Part shown: positions 13,406 through 27,240 of the stretch, in pieces
Layout: each line of letters opens with the position of its first letter
How positions within the stretch are numbered: position 1 is the stretch's first letter
NCBI GenBank assembly: GCA_951406725.2
Contig: OX597831.1
Span: forward strand, 15,252,001-15,316,000
Length of the DNA stretch: 64,000 nt
DNA from: Octopus vulgaris
Lineage: Eukaryota
Reading direction: 5' to 3'
Notes under the pieces: generated by a model
Seen by the model: the letters and a program-made list of their open reading frames with translations, nothing else
The model's database searches: none
Told to the model about the DNA's origin: nothing
Translations under genes and position numbers: made by a program

Positions 13406-14360
13406 GAAGTGTCCACTTAGTTTCTTACTCTGCTAGAAGTAGGCTGAAAATCCCTTTCAAATAATACACAATGGATGGTTATAAAATGTAGGGTACGTTG
13501 GTTAACATAAATCAAAAGAGAGAAAATATAGATTACGTCATGTTTGCAACATCTCTAATTAAACATTTGCTCGGTAAGAGTTTGACTTCTTGATGAATAG
13601 CAGCAGTTGCAGTCACATCTGCAACAACTGCGCACTCATCTGCAATTCAAACTGGCAGGCATGTTTGTTGCTTTTGTTTCCGTTTTATTGAAATTAACAC
13701 GCAACTTAATAGATCAAAATTCTCAGATTAAAAGTTGTTATCGCGAAAACAAATCTCTCTTGCGTTCAGCTGAATAAATAATAGACGAATAAATATAAAA
13801 ATAAAAATAGAATCAAAAATCAGAAAGCTGTGTATCGATCTGTTATTTCAATACTTTGTTTCTTTGATTTTTAGCTTACAGGCGATATTCTAAAAAACAA
13901 GATAAATATAAAAAAAGAGATACAGCAACAAACACATCTAAATGAAGAACATAAAGAACAAGAGCAGCTACAACAACAACAACAACAACCAGAAAACAAC
14001 AACAATAACGACAAAAAAAAGGAAGTCTGGTAGTATTGCTTAATCAAATGGAAATATTTGATAACGAAATAGAACTTTACACTCTATATTTGCGTATTTA
14101 TGCATTCAATGTGTGGCAACGTAGTAGAGACGTTGGAGCTTTGGACGAAATAGCGTTGGGTATTATCCAGCAACTCCACATTATGAGATCGAGTCTTGCT
14201 AGACCGACTTTGCTTTTCATGATTCCGGAATCAGGAAATAAGATATTCGTCAAGGGATATAGAGCGTCGCTGTGGTCAGAAGGCTTAAGTGCAAACCCCA
14301 AATTATTTATTTACATTATTTACATTTGGCGGATATTTGTCTTCATCTTGTTTGTTGTTA

Positions 14361-14404
14361 ACACAAAGTTTCGGCTGATATATCCTCCAGCCTTCATCAG
14401 GTGT
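14361..14404 (-). ncRNA. Type I hammerhead motif with extra A after A9
   Basis: Minus strand reads acac-CTGATGA-A-ggctg gaggatatat cagcc-GAAA-ct-TT-gtgt. Perfect 5-bp stem II and 4-bp stem I. Stem III is minimal or mutated. Confidence 0.65.
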
Positions 14405-14583
14405 CTTGGGGAAACTTTGTCAAATGTAAATAATGTAAAGGATGTACATAATTCCTCATCTCTTAAATATAGAACTGTATTACCAAATATATTTGTTCTA
14501 GCTCTCTCTGATTAGGTTATATAATTGTATGCTGATAACAGAGTAATATCTGAGTTTATCTCTCTCTTTCTCTCTCTCTCTCG

Positions 14584-14664
<81 letters not shown>

Positions 14665-14760
14665 TATATATATGTATATATATGTATATATATATATATA
14701 TGTATATATATATGTATATATATATATATATATACATGTATGTATATATATATATGTATG

Positions 14761-14843
<83 letters not shown>

Positions 14844-15151
14844 GTATAGATAGATAGATATGACCGATTAACAGAGTGATTTGAAAGTCGAGTTTATTGT
14901 AATTCTGCATTGCGGGTTCAACTCGTAGTAAAGTAGATTGGGGTGGGAGACTTAATCTGCTCTTCTTTGCACTTAACATAGTCGTGTAGATGTTGGGAAA
15001 CCTTTCTCAGTATCCTGACTCGCCAGCATTCGAAACCAGTTGAGGACTGGCAGATCATCATGTGTGTTACACTTGGTCGTTAATAATCGGTAGAACAATC
15101 TCGAATAGGAAAGAATTATTGAGTTAGGTAAGTATAGAATTTATTTTTACT

Positions 15152-15413
15152 ATCACCACCACTACCACCGGCACCACAAGCACCATCACCACCAGCACCG
15201 GCACCACCACCACCGGCACCACCACCACCACCATCACCACCAGCACCGGCCCACCACCACCGGCATCACCACCAACACCACCACCACCAACACCACCACC
15301 ACCGGCACCACCACCACCACCATCACCACCAGCACCGGCCCACCACCACCGGCATCACCACCAACACCACCACCACCAACACCACCACCACTGGCACCAC
15401 CACCACCACCACC
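15152..15413. repeat. (CAC)n-based compound repeat with internal ~100-bp duplication
   Basis: caccatcaccaccagcaccggcccaccaccaccggcatcaccaccaacacc occurs twice. Explains the Gly/Val ORF 15234-15461. Confidence 0.9.
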
Positions 15414-16497
15414 TTCGTCTTCATTTTCGTCGTCATTCCTTACTCCCATCATAACCATCATAAATCATAATCGCTTATAATTATCCCCTATTTTAGAAAG
15501 CCCCACCCACCAAATGAATAAATTAATAAATAAATAATTAGATAAATAAAAACGAAAGGCAAATTTGACATGATTCGAACACTGTGTGTCAAGAACTGAC
15601 ACTCTTTTACTTTCGTTTAAGAAACATTACGTCATAACATTAACAAGAAGTGTTATTTCATAAGAAGTTAGAATTGCAATCTTTAACTAACTTCCTAACT
15701 TTTTCACCTTCTCAACAAACAATTCGATAATTTTCTAATACTCGTAGATTTTAAGGGAAAGAATCGGAACAGAAACTTAATAAACGCTTGAAAGGTCTTT
15801 CTTTTTTTTCCGTGTGTTAACGGAAATTATTTTGTTTATTTTGGTGGGATGCTTTTAAATTGCCTTCAGAAGTTCATGTCTTCAAATAATTAGTGTTCTG
15901 GAATTAGAAGAGAATTGCTGCTATTCTAAACCACATGAGTTTTTGTTTTAGCTTTTAATTTGAAAGTAGAATATTTTTACGGTAATGAAATTAAAGAGGT
16001 AATCATTTTCTTGCGCTTTTTAACTAAAGAGTTAAAAATAAGGAAGCGTTTCTGTTAATTCTGTTAATGGCAGCACGTTATGCCATGTGCTTCAGAAGTA
16101 TGCTACGCTACTTTGAGATTCGTGGTTCATTTCGTGAGATCTTAGGCAGGCGTTTTCCAACATTTCGTGGAATAAAACCTTTTGCGCAGAAGTCAGTTGA
16201 CAAGAAGCGATGTGGAACGCCATGCTTGTGTTTGAGTGAGTCATAATCCGTAATTCGATTTTTACATCCACGTATTTAATGAGGCATATCCATGTATTTA
16301 ATGGAGTTTACTCTATAGCCAAACCGACCTATCTGAGTACTAACTTCTACAGTTTTCCCACTAGAATCGGAGGCTCTGCATAAAACTTTTAAAAAATGGA
16401 AAAAGTAGATTCTTATATTCCTTTTGTGACTGAGCCATACAAACCAACAACAATTAAAAGAGCAGGACTATTATTTCTGGAAGAACAATTAAAGTAT

Positions 16498-17203
16498 ACG
16501 TAAAGTATACTAGCCATCTCAATATGGCTAACCACTAAGGGTGGGTGTTACTGTAGCTTTTAGCCCCAGGAGATCATCGTCTCCAGCTGGCTTTAGGCAC
16601 ACTTTCTGTGCTCTTATGGTATTTGCAAAGGGAGGTCACCCCTCTCTCGTAAACCTAAGTGATACGCACGGACTGCAGTTTCGAGGTATTTGCCTCTTGT
16701 CAACTTACGGCAATCACCGGTTTTCGATGAAGGGAGACCTGTTTGCAAATATCTATATAATGTTTTTCCCAGTAACTACTGTCACTGATTTCGAAAAACT
16801 ATCTGCAAGCAATAATACATTTATGAACGAGATGTAAACAGTAACCGCTCGACAACGTAAAGTATACTAGCCATCTCAATATGGCTAACCACTAAGGGTG
16901 GGTGTTACTGGAGCTTTTAGCCCTAGGAGATCATCGTCTCCATGGAAAACCGGTGATTACCGTAGGTTGACAAGAGACAGATAACTCGAAAATGCAGTCC
17001 GTGCGTATCACTTAGGTTGACGAGAGAGGGATTACCTCCCTTTGCAAATACCATAAGGGCACAGAAAGTGTGCCTAAAGCCAGCTGGAGACGATGATCTC
17101 CTAGAGCTAAAAGCTACAGTAACACCCACCCTTAGTGGTTAGCTATATTGAGATGGCTATTATACTTTACGGTGTCGAGCGGTTACTGTTTACATCTCGT
17201 TCA
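16498..17203. repeat. Direct + inverted triplication of a ~230-260-bp unit of unknown family
   Basis: Unit A (+) at 16498-16729, partial copy (+) at 16824-16942, inverted copy at 16941-17203. The near-identical opposite-strand ORFs 16541-16837 and 16923-17129 reflect this. Confidence 0.92.
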
Positions 17204-17667
17204 GAGATTTATTATAAATTTTAAAATATTTAACAGGAAAAAAATGCAAAATAATAAAAAAAATCGCGCAAACCTGTTTTAATTAGAGAAAATTATACCC
17301 AGGTATTCGATTTATGATTACAGACCAGCTTATGAGAAATTTCATCCTCACACTTTGAAATAAATTTTATTGCTATTTTTATGACATTCTTGCCATTCTT
17401 TTTAATATTCATTAAATCCATTTCTGTCCAAGAACACAATCACGGTAGAGTGTATCTTCATTGCAGAGGTCACGTCATAGTGGAATCGATTAGTAACGCA
17501 GAACTTTGGCATACGTAAAATTACTAATCAATATTGATTCATACGAAGTCGGTAGGCTGGGAGAAATTATATGAAGGACTTAAGAATGGGGAATTGGCTG
17601 AATCTGTAGAATATGAAGCCAAATGTGATGCGGCATTTAATGAGCGCTCATAACGCTCTTAGAGAAG

Positions 17668-17800
17668 ATGCGCGGTGAGAACGTTTCAAGATGATAGTTT
17701 CGATTCCTGGAGCGGGTTGGGCGTTATGTTCCTGGGCAAAACAATCATTTTCCCATTGCTGCAGTCCGCTGAGTTGTACATAAGAGACCATGCAGCGGTT
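17668..17800 (+). mobile_element. tRNA-derived SINE, family B (decayed)
   Basis: gtttcgattcctggagcggg..gttcctgggcaaaaca..ttgctgcagtcc matches the rc of 24220-24447. Confidence 0.6.
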
Positions 17801-17888
17801 TAGGGGCAACTTTGTGATGTCGGTCACTTATAGGCTATGAGAGCTTGGGTCGGGAATCGCATGTGTCCTAGAACTTACAACCACCTCA

Positions 17889-18190
17889 GGTTCAGATTAA
17901 ATCCTGCCGAGGCCATCTTTGACGCTCGCCGTTTCCTCTGTTGATAAAACGAGTTTCTTATTTCTTTACTACCCACAAGGGGCTAAACATGGAGGAGACA
18001 AACAAGGACAGACAAATGTATTAAATCGATTATATCGACCCCAGTGGGTAACTGGTACTTGTTTAATCGATCCCGAAAGGATGAAAGGCAAAGTCGATCT
18101 AGGCGGAATTTGAACTCAGAACGTAGCGGCAGACGAAATACCGCTAAGCATTTCGCCCGGCGTCCTAACGATTCTGCCAGCTCGCCGCCC
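17889..18190 (-). mobile_element. tRNA-derived SINE family A (full monomer plus partial second monomer)
   Basis: Same sequence as 12771-12976 and 20408-20786. Confidence 0.88.
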
Positions 18191-20407
18191 TTACCAATGA
18201 CAAATGAGTTCTTCGTGAATACTAGTGTCGATAGAGATAATTGCATTTTCCGTCGTCACTTTTAGATTTGCACTCCATAAGGCATTTTTACGTTATTTTG
18301 CCATTCTATGATCATATTTAATTTTTTGTTTTTCTCATTCGACCTATATCAACGAAATTAATAGCACAATCATATTAATTGAGCTAAGGGATAAATTAAA
18401 ATTCAGATATAAGTCAGGTAGAAATCCATTTACATATTTCGTACAAACGATCAGTAATTTTGATCTATGTCTCGTGAAAGAACCTCTAAAATGTTGGTTA
18501 TATCCCGCGTGTGAATATGATGAAACGAGAAAGAGAAAGAAAGAAAGAGAAAGAGAGAGAGAGAGTGTGTGAGAGGAAGAGAGCAAATGTGTGTGCGCGT
18601 GTGTGTGCACATGCGCATGCGTGCCTGTGCATGATTTTGTTGTTACTTTGGTCAAAATTACCTGTTTATAATATCTACTTTGAGCTTATTCAGTAAATTA
18701 ATGTACCCGTTCCCTAATCCGTTTGTTGGGAATTATCTGTTTCAACGGATAGTATGTAATAGCTCTGACTATAATAACGTCATACTAGGGTTTAAATTAA
18801 GCCCCAAAATACAAATTGAAACAAAAAGAATTGCCTATTACTTAGAAGCATTAATTTCATATCGATCTCATTGCATACTTCTTTACGCAGAAACCATTCC
18901 TGGAAAGTAGGTTTATACATGAGGTATTCCGACCTTGACTATCCTATCTTCATTTCAAGCATCGCATATATCGTACTACATGGTACATTGCGTTCATCTT
19001 TTCCAAGATGGGAGGACCTGATTTGAGTTATATTTTATTATTTCTGCCTCCGCCTGAGGTTATGTAGATGCCCTTCATTGACTCATTGACTATAGTAGAG
19101 AAATGTGCCATTCCATAAAACTTAGGTGCAAGTACTAGGACAATTGGAGTTTAATATCTAGGCTATTGGCTCGAAATAGCCGATATAAATGCGTTACATT
19201 TTGGTTAGTAAACGGACAGTTTAATACTTGCTAAGGTATTTGTGTTTCCTTCTAAATATTAATATATACTAAGCATTCTCTAAAATATTTTGCCTAATTA
19301 AAGGCATTCAAAATCGACTTGCATAGCTATTCCTTACAACTTTTTACATATTTTATATATTTGGAGATAAAATGTTACAAGTCTGAAAGCTATAAGGGAA
19401 AGTAACAGAGAATATAGCGAGCGAAACATGAATGATCAATTAAAATACAGTTATAACATGGAATCCATAATTTCTCTTTACACTAGAAAAGTTTTTACGC
19501 TCTTTACACTTTCAACGCTGAGGGAAAAATTAATTTTGACTTCAGAATATTGATTTTTTCACTTCAACGAAATGCTGTCGAGTATACTGTTGAAATATCC
19601 ATAATATATGCTCAATAACCACTAACGTAATTAGATTAAATCAGCTCGTCGAGCCTCCTTCACATTTATCACTCTTCCTCCTACTCTTCGTCCATAGATA
19701 TTTTAATACATCAGCCAGTTAAATCCATAATTGTTCTGCAAGCAGCGGTGGCGAGTGTTTTTGAATCACCGTATGTTAAATACACAAGATAACAATGATT
19801 TCATAAGAAAATCAAATGAGTGTGGAGGAGCGTCGGTGTAATGCTTATTGTATAATTTTGCTCTTAGTTTATCAAAATATCGCTATTATAAAACTGGAAG
19901 AAAGGAGATATCATCTAAAACGCACCTCTGGAAACAGCAATTGTATGTAGGAGAATACAATTAGTTTTGATGTGCCAAAATATTGTTGCATGAATTTAAT
20001 TAGTACGATGTACAAACTAATTACTAATTATACAAAGCCTACAAGACAGTATAATAGTGATCTGCATACGTGAGCTAGCAAACTAATTTTATTGTCGGAG
20101 CCGAATGGAAGCAAACGTTAACATGTATTAATTAAATTAATTTGAAGCATTTGTAATTATATAAAAAAATTATTCCTTCTCGTTAGGAATTGAAACATTA
20201 CGAAAATAATGTTTAAATAAAAGTAGAAAAATAAAATCACTATTAACCTTCTCTCTTATTGAAACTATGTTTTAAAACAGAATAGACTGTTAAATATAGA
20301 TCGTAGCACGATGAGTTTCAACGATGCGTCTCCATACACACATTCCTATAAGCATTAGGTGTATGTGTGCGTGCGTTTGATTGTGACTGTATGTATGTTT
20401 GTGGATG

Positions 20408-20786
20408 GGCGGCGAGTTGGCAGAAACGTTAGCACGCCGGGCGAAATGCGTAGCCGTATTTCGTCTAGCATTAGGCTCTGAGTTCAAATCCGAGGTCGAT
20501 TTTACCTTTCATCATTTCGGGATCGATAAATTAAGTACCAGTTACGCACTGGGGTCGATGTGATCGACTTAGTCAATTTGTCTGTCCTTGTCTGTCCCCT
20601 CTGTGTTTAACCCCTTGTGGGTAGTAAAGAAATAGGTATTTCGTCTGCCGCTACGTTCTGAGTTTTAATTCCGCGGAAGACTTTTCCTTTCATCCTTTCG
20701 GGCTCGACAAATTAAGTACCAGTTGCATACTTTGGTCGACTAGCCCCCTCCTCCAAAATTTCGGGTCTTGTGCCTATAGCAGAAAA
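20408..20786 (+). mobile_element. tRNA-derived SINE family A, dimeric form
   Basis: Head ggcggcgagttggcagaaacgttagc, B-box gagttcaaatcc. The body repeats from ~20636 and ends in a different tail (ccaaaatttcgggtcttgtgcc). Confidence 0.88.
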
Positions 20787-22194
20787 ATATATATTCTTGT
20801 GTATGTTATAATAAGTTTGAGCTTCAAATAAAAAGTGCTTCATACACATGGAATTTGTGGATCTTCGTCGTTAAACGAAGAGGATTTCCTCGTTCGATAT
20901 ATTGATTGACATGCTCAGTGAATTAACACATAAACGATTTATCTCTCGACCGATACTTGTACCGCTAATGTAATTCCCTGAACGAATGAACGAGACAACG
21001 TTTGTGATAAAATTTGTACTATTTAAATAACAGACACAGACCATCTTACGGCTTTCTATACAGTTTCTATTTATCAAATTTCATTTACAAATTACGAGTC
21101 AACCCATAAGTCCATTGTTTGTTATTAATGTCCATCAACGAAATTCCTCGTTGTCCACCTTAAAAGGAATAGTGTATTTGCCGCTGAATTATTTTCCCAC
21201 ACAAAACGCACTTGTGGGATGTCCCGGCACTGTTAGAATTATGACGATAGAGTGTACGTTCGATTTTGTTTTTACACATTCGTTGTGTTTCTCTGCATAC
21301 GAGGGGCCCATGCGTACTTTTTGGCAACTAGAAACATCTATAATCTCTAAAATAACTGTCAGTCTTACAGAAAGCACCCTCACCAGGATCGAACCTGACA
21401 TCACCTCGATATGAACATTGTTTCCTAAAGACACAACCATTGCTGCAGAATATTTATAATACTTCATTAGCTCCATTTATAGTTATATAAACCTGCAGAG
21501 CCGAGTAAATAGAAAGATCGAGGCAGTGCTAAATATTGGTATCTAAGAGGTTAGAAACCTTTTCTATGACACTCTCACACCGTCGCCAAATTTCCCTGAA
21601 ATACAGGAACGATGAAAACAAAGAAATGCAATACGAAAAAGGAAAGGAAAAGAAGGAATTTCACAAAGCAAAACCGAAAAAAAAATAAACGAAACAACCA
21701 AAGAGGAAGCAAATACAAAATTCAATTTTCAATGAAATCTTTACCACAGAAAAAGGTTTGAATAAATTTTCTATATGTCTATTATTCCTAGAGTGAATAT
21801 TTCTTTAAATACAGCTGTTACAATGAAGCGATTGTTAATGTTCAATATTTGTTCTCCTCAAGTGTTTAAATACAATATATCTTAAAGCCTGCGTTAATAC
21901 ATTTACCGTTGCACTTTCTCTTTTCTTTAATTTTGTTTATGTTTTGTTTTTTTTGTTTTTTAAGGTATACGATAATCATTATTCCAATTATAATGTATAG
22001 AACATTATAATGTATATTTCTATTGTGTGAGTCTGTAATAGAATTCCTAAACTGTACAGATATACACTTGGAGGTAAGGAAGACAGAAAGGGAAAATAAG
22101 TACCAGAGGAAGACGAATTGAAAAAGAGCGGTGGAGATTAAGCTTTGGCATGTATGTATATCTGTGCTATGTATGCATGTATGTATGTATGCCA

Positions 22195-22700
22195 CTGTTC
22201 AGTTGTTTCATTCGAAGAGTACTTGCCAATAGAGAGACTGTTTCGAACCTAGATTCAAGCCTCCTTCATTGGAATTTCAACATCAACCACAATGCATATT
22301 TGTATGTATGTATGCATGTATGGTTTATGTATGTATTCTTATGCATATAGTTTCATATCTAGTCATGCTCATATATATTTAAATGCTAAACTTCTAGGAA
22401 GTTTTCCAGATTTTTACAGGTCCAGTGATGGATTGGATCTGTAGTCTTACAATTAGCTTTCCGTTTCTGGTTTTGGGAAGCCTAATTTCTCACGATTGAT
22501 ATCTAGGCAGTGTGTTACATATCCCAGGGCCCTAGTAATCGCAAGCATAAATCTCAACTCTTCAACGAGATAGAGTGACTGTAGGTTTCTCAATAGTTCA
22601 GCATAGGTGATCTGTATTTCATTGCTCTTCAGCTTTATGTTAAAACCCGAAGTGCAGATAATTTCCACAACATTGCCCAGTTTCTCATTATATTAGGTCA
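22195..22700 (-). mobile_element. 3' end of a restriction-like-endonuclease (R4/Dong/NeSL-type) non-LTR retrotransposon, decayed
   Basis: VEIICTSGFNIKLKSNEIQITYAELLRNLQSLY..FMLAITRALGYVTHCL..LGF..LQIQSITGPVKIWKT resembles the REL C-terminus (ExSCPxDxNxxxKxxEKxxxY..PIIIGALG). Bordered by (ATGT)n. Confidence 0.6.
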
Positions 22701-23447
22701 GTCGTGCAGCTGGACCTGTGAAAAGGAAATTTTGTTATATAGGTAAAAATGTATATTTTCAATAATCTTATTGATCTACATTAATGAATAAAATCTTCTA
22801 CATGTTCCCCCCAATAACGATGCCAAGAGGGATGAACTTTATATAAGATTCACATTAAAATCTAACTCCCCGTTAGAACTTCAGCGCATTCTCTGAAGAT
22901 GCCTTCGTACGACTGGTCCATTTGTGATTTTCATTAGGTATAATTTCTTGTTCAGAATAGCCGAGAAAAAGCAGACAAAAGGATCAATATCTGCTGCCTG
23001 CGGTACCCACCCCACACTGCAACACATATATGTATATAAGTGTGTTTGTATGTGTGTGTGTGTGTGTGTGTGTGCCTACGCGTGTGTATGTATGTGTGTG
23101 TATGTATTTCTACATATACCGTGTGTGTGACGGACAAAGAGAATATTCGAGATTATGTGAATATGATTGTATAGTCTGTATTTAACACTCTGTCAGTGTA
23201 GAGTTTCTTTCTACGGAGTGGCCCTGGTAGTGAATTTGCCAAACAAATGCTGTACACTGTTTTAGGACAGCAGACATATTTTGGTTTGCAATTGCGTTTT
23301 CTGGTACTGTACATATAGTATCTTGGCTCGAATTTAGGTAGAAATCTACGTAGGAAATGTTAGGTGTATGAAAGTTGTATATTTAATTATTTCCTAAGAA
23401 TCGCACGTCGGAGATGAAGGTTTTGGTTTTTCTATTAAAATGTTGCA

Positions 23448-23493
<46 letters not shown>

Positions 23494-23902
23494 TTTCTAT
23501 GTGGTGGATAAAACCACGCGTAACTAATGCAACGAATTCTACATATCATACATACAGTTTTAAATAACACTTCTATGATTAATACTTCTGCCAACCAATA
23601 TAATGCTGCACTTTAGATATCTAGGTTTCCATTGATAGATATATTGGGACGTAAATAATAACAGCAGACATTTTAAGAAATATTCCTCACGCATTAGTAA
23701 CAGTTCTGAGTTGCAGACGGCCATTTGGCTACTAGCGGGACGCACATCAAATAAATTCCATGCTACAGGACCGAGAAGACGGCGATTGATTTTGTTTCTT
23801 CTCGAAAGATTTCCAGAGGAATGAGTCCTTACGCAGAAATATTGAAATACTAAGTACACTGTCAAACTGTTTCCGGTTTATAAATTGCATTGGTCTGGTT
23901 TC

Positions 23903-23938
<36 letters not shown>

Positions 23939-24219
23939 CTGTGTGTGTGTCTGTGTGTGTGAGTGCCTTTGTGTCTGTGTGTGTGTCTGTGTGTGTGAGT
24001 GCCTTTGTGTCTGTGCGTCTCCGTCCCTCCGTTTGGAAACTGGTATGGATTCGTTTATTTCACCATTCATAGAGATTCGGTAAAAAAGAATGATAGCATA
24101 AGTAAAAGACAGTATAAACGAGAGATGTGTTTGATTTGTTCGGCTAAAGGCATCAACATCGGCTTTATTGCTTAACCAACGTTGTTATGGCTGAAGAAGG
24201 AGAAATGTTCCGTTCTCAA

Positions 24220-24447
24220 GCCATGCCAGGCTCACAAAAGCCGGTTTCAGTGGCGTAGAAATTCCCCACCTGGACGGGACGCCGATCCGTGGAAGGATTA
24301 CTCATTTCCGCCAGCTGAGTGGACTGGAGCAATGTGAAATGAAGTGTTTTGCTCAAGAACACAACGGATCGCCCGCTCCAGGAATGGAAACCACAAACTT
24401 ACAACCGTGCGTCCCACACCCTAACAAATAAACCACGCGCATCCACC
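24220..24447 (-). mobile_element. tRNA-derived SINE family B
   Basis: The rc has a tRNA-like head, ggtttccattcc B-box-like motif, CORE-like gtgttcttgagcaaaacactt, and tail cgtcccgtccaggtgggg. Confidence 0.7.
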
Positions 24448-24705
24448 TCACGATTTTACCGTTATTACTGACAGAACGTCGCAGCATCTACCGGCGTATA
24501 TTACGATAAAATCTGTCTTGTGTTGGGGTTTGTAAGTTATAAGTTACTCCAAATGGCTTCTGTTTTCGGGCCAATATGCTGACAACAGGTACTCGAACAC
24601 TCTTCTCCATTTTCATAAAGAACAGAAGTGTATATTGCGATGATCTAAATTGCGACTGGTTGCGTTTCTAGTTCACGATGTTTTACATTATTTCTTCCAA
24701 CTCAA

Positions 24706-25080
24706 GGAGGCGAGCTGGCAGAAACGTTAACACGCCGGGCGAAATGCGTAGCCGTTACGTTCTGAGTTAAAATTCCGCCGAGGTCGACTTTGCCTTTCAT
24801 CCTTTCGAGGTCGATAAATTAAGTACCAGTTACGTACTGGGGTCGATATAATCCACTTAATCTGTTTGTCTGTCCTTGTTTGTCCTCTCTGTGTTTAACC
24901 CCTTGTGCGTAGTAAATAAATATATATTTTATCTGTCTCCACGCTCTGAGTTCATATTCTACCGAGGGCTACTTTATCTTTAATCATTTCGGGGGTCGAT
25001 AAACTTAGTGCCAGTTGCGTACTGGTTTCGATCTAATCGATTGGCCCTCTACTAACAAATTTCGGGCCTGGTGCCTAAAA
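24706..25080 (+). mobile_element. tRNA-derived SINE family A, dimeric form
   Basis: Same organisation as 20408-20786. Confidence 0.88.
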
Positions 25081-25132
25081 CAAAATTACAAAAAATATTT
25101 CTTTCAACTGATGAACCTGTATGTATGTATCC

Positions 25133-25271
<139 letters not shown>

Positions 25272-25354
25272 CATCCATCTATCTATCTAGCAAGCTACCA
25301 ACTAATTTATTTATCTAAATATAGATATCTACACACACACACATACATAAGCAC

Positions 25355-25402
<48 letters not shown>

Positions 25403-25410
25403 TTGTATAC

Positions 25411-25444
<34 letters not shown>

Positions 25445-27039
25445 ATGTGATCCATCCGACTGACTTTCTCTTCTCTCACTCTCTCGCTTTCCCTTCTCTC
25501 TCTCTCTCTCTCTCTCTTTCTTCCTCTAATTGGTATTAATGGTATTATGCAGACATCTCATAAGGAAAATCGTTTCTCTGTTGGATTGATAACATTATGT
25601 AATTTTTTCATATTGCTTCCCTGCCTTTGAAGTTTTTATTTCTCCGCATGTAAACAACATCATCATTTCACCATTCCATCCTAAACACTCGCACATTCAA
25701 ACCCACATACAAAGCTTAAAAAATCATTAACATGAAAGTGTCGGCGTTTGATGTGAACGGACGAAAGCATTACTGCAAATCGTTAGTAGCATTAAATGTC
25801 TGCTTGTTCTGGTTTTTCTGGCTTTCCTCACTAATAAAAATATGTTCGAAGCTGATGGGGTTTTGTAAAGTGCAAATAATCATACTTCTAAATTTATTGT
25901 GGGGGTCATGTAAATGGTGTTGAGATAAACCTACAGACGACATAATTCGTGAAGCATTAATTTTAATATCAGCTCATTGGGGTGTCGAAAATTATCTTTA
26001 TTGAGGCTCTTTTCGCACTAATTTCAAATTCCATATGATCAACGTTGTATTTCATCTCCCAACGGAGTCAAAAACAGCAAATGCCAGCCAAGAAGTAGAG
26101 ACAACATTATCGATTAAATCTACCCTTAAAAACTGCTGGTCTTCTACCTGAATTAATAGTAATTATGTATATTACAGATTCTTCGAAAATTGGACTGAAT
26201 GGTTTGCCGTATAAAAAATAAGCAGAACTCGAACCAGTTTTCTAGAAAATGCTCTGCATGGTAATCGTACCACTCCTCAACACTAAATACAAGACCCGAT
26301 TAATCGATCAATGTTATATTGATTATAATTCAATCCTCCACTCTATATGTATCCATGCGCATTGTTGCCTTCTTTTTATCATCTGTAAAAGTTTAATGCG
26401 CTGTTTGAAATGTAATGCCTATAAAAATAACCTGTTGCGAAAAAATATCTGAATATATGTCGATAATCACCAACGGTTACAATGAAAACCAATTATCATG
26501 AAATATTACAAAGGGTTAAATGTGCAACAGGGATTTTTATAGTAGTTATCAACTCAAGAGATCTGACGATAACTGAAGCGTGTCGTGATTTTACGTTCAC
26601 TTGAAGCACATTATGTGACATCATCCCGTAGAGAATGTGTGTGAGTGGATCCACTCAACTGAAGCACAGAATTATTCAGTTAGATTAGAGATTGATTACT
26701 CCACTTTAAATTATCGATCTCTCAAAGATTGATTGCGAACCGTTGCAGAGAATTGTGTGAAAAACATATTTCCCACCCCTTTCTATACATAAGCGATGCG
26801 TATTTATATATTTTTCCAACTTCTCCACTATTTATCAACCCATGATGAGTGAAATTGATGTGGTACAAACGTAACAGATCAATGATCTAAATGAATTTTT
26901 CAAAAGTTTCTCAAGCTCAATTATCTAGAACTATAAAATTTCAATAATAAATAAGGAAGACATATTCACTATAACCTCTATAGGAAAATAGGTTTCACAA
27001 AGCACACCTCTGTTCAAATTGGTTAGATATTGGCTTCAA

Positions 27040-27240
27040 AGTTTGGCACAAATCAAGGAGAGGAGAGAATAATTAGATTACATCGAAGCTAGCACTCAGC
27101 TGGTACTTATTTTATCGATCTCAAAAGGATGAATTGAAAAGTCTACCTCGGCAGAATTTGAATTCAGAATCAAATGGCAGTCGAAATGCTGCTAAGCAAT
27201 TTTTTCTGGCGCTGTAACGATTCTGCAAGCTCACCGTCTT
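27040..27240 (-). mobile_element. tRNA-derived SINE family A-related, older copy
   Basis: ctggtacttattttatcgatc..aaaggatga..cctcggcagaatttgaattcag..gctcaccgtc. Confidence 0.75.

Noticed and set aside
15234-15461. Gly/Val-rich ORF resembling a structural protein
   Set aside because: Translation of a (CAC)n compound repeat with no splice or domain support.
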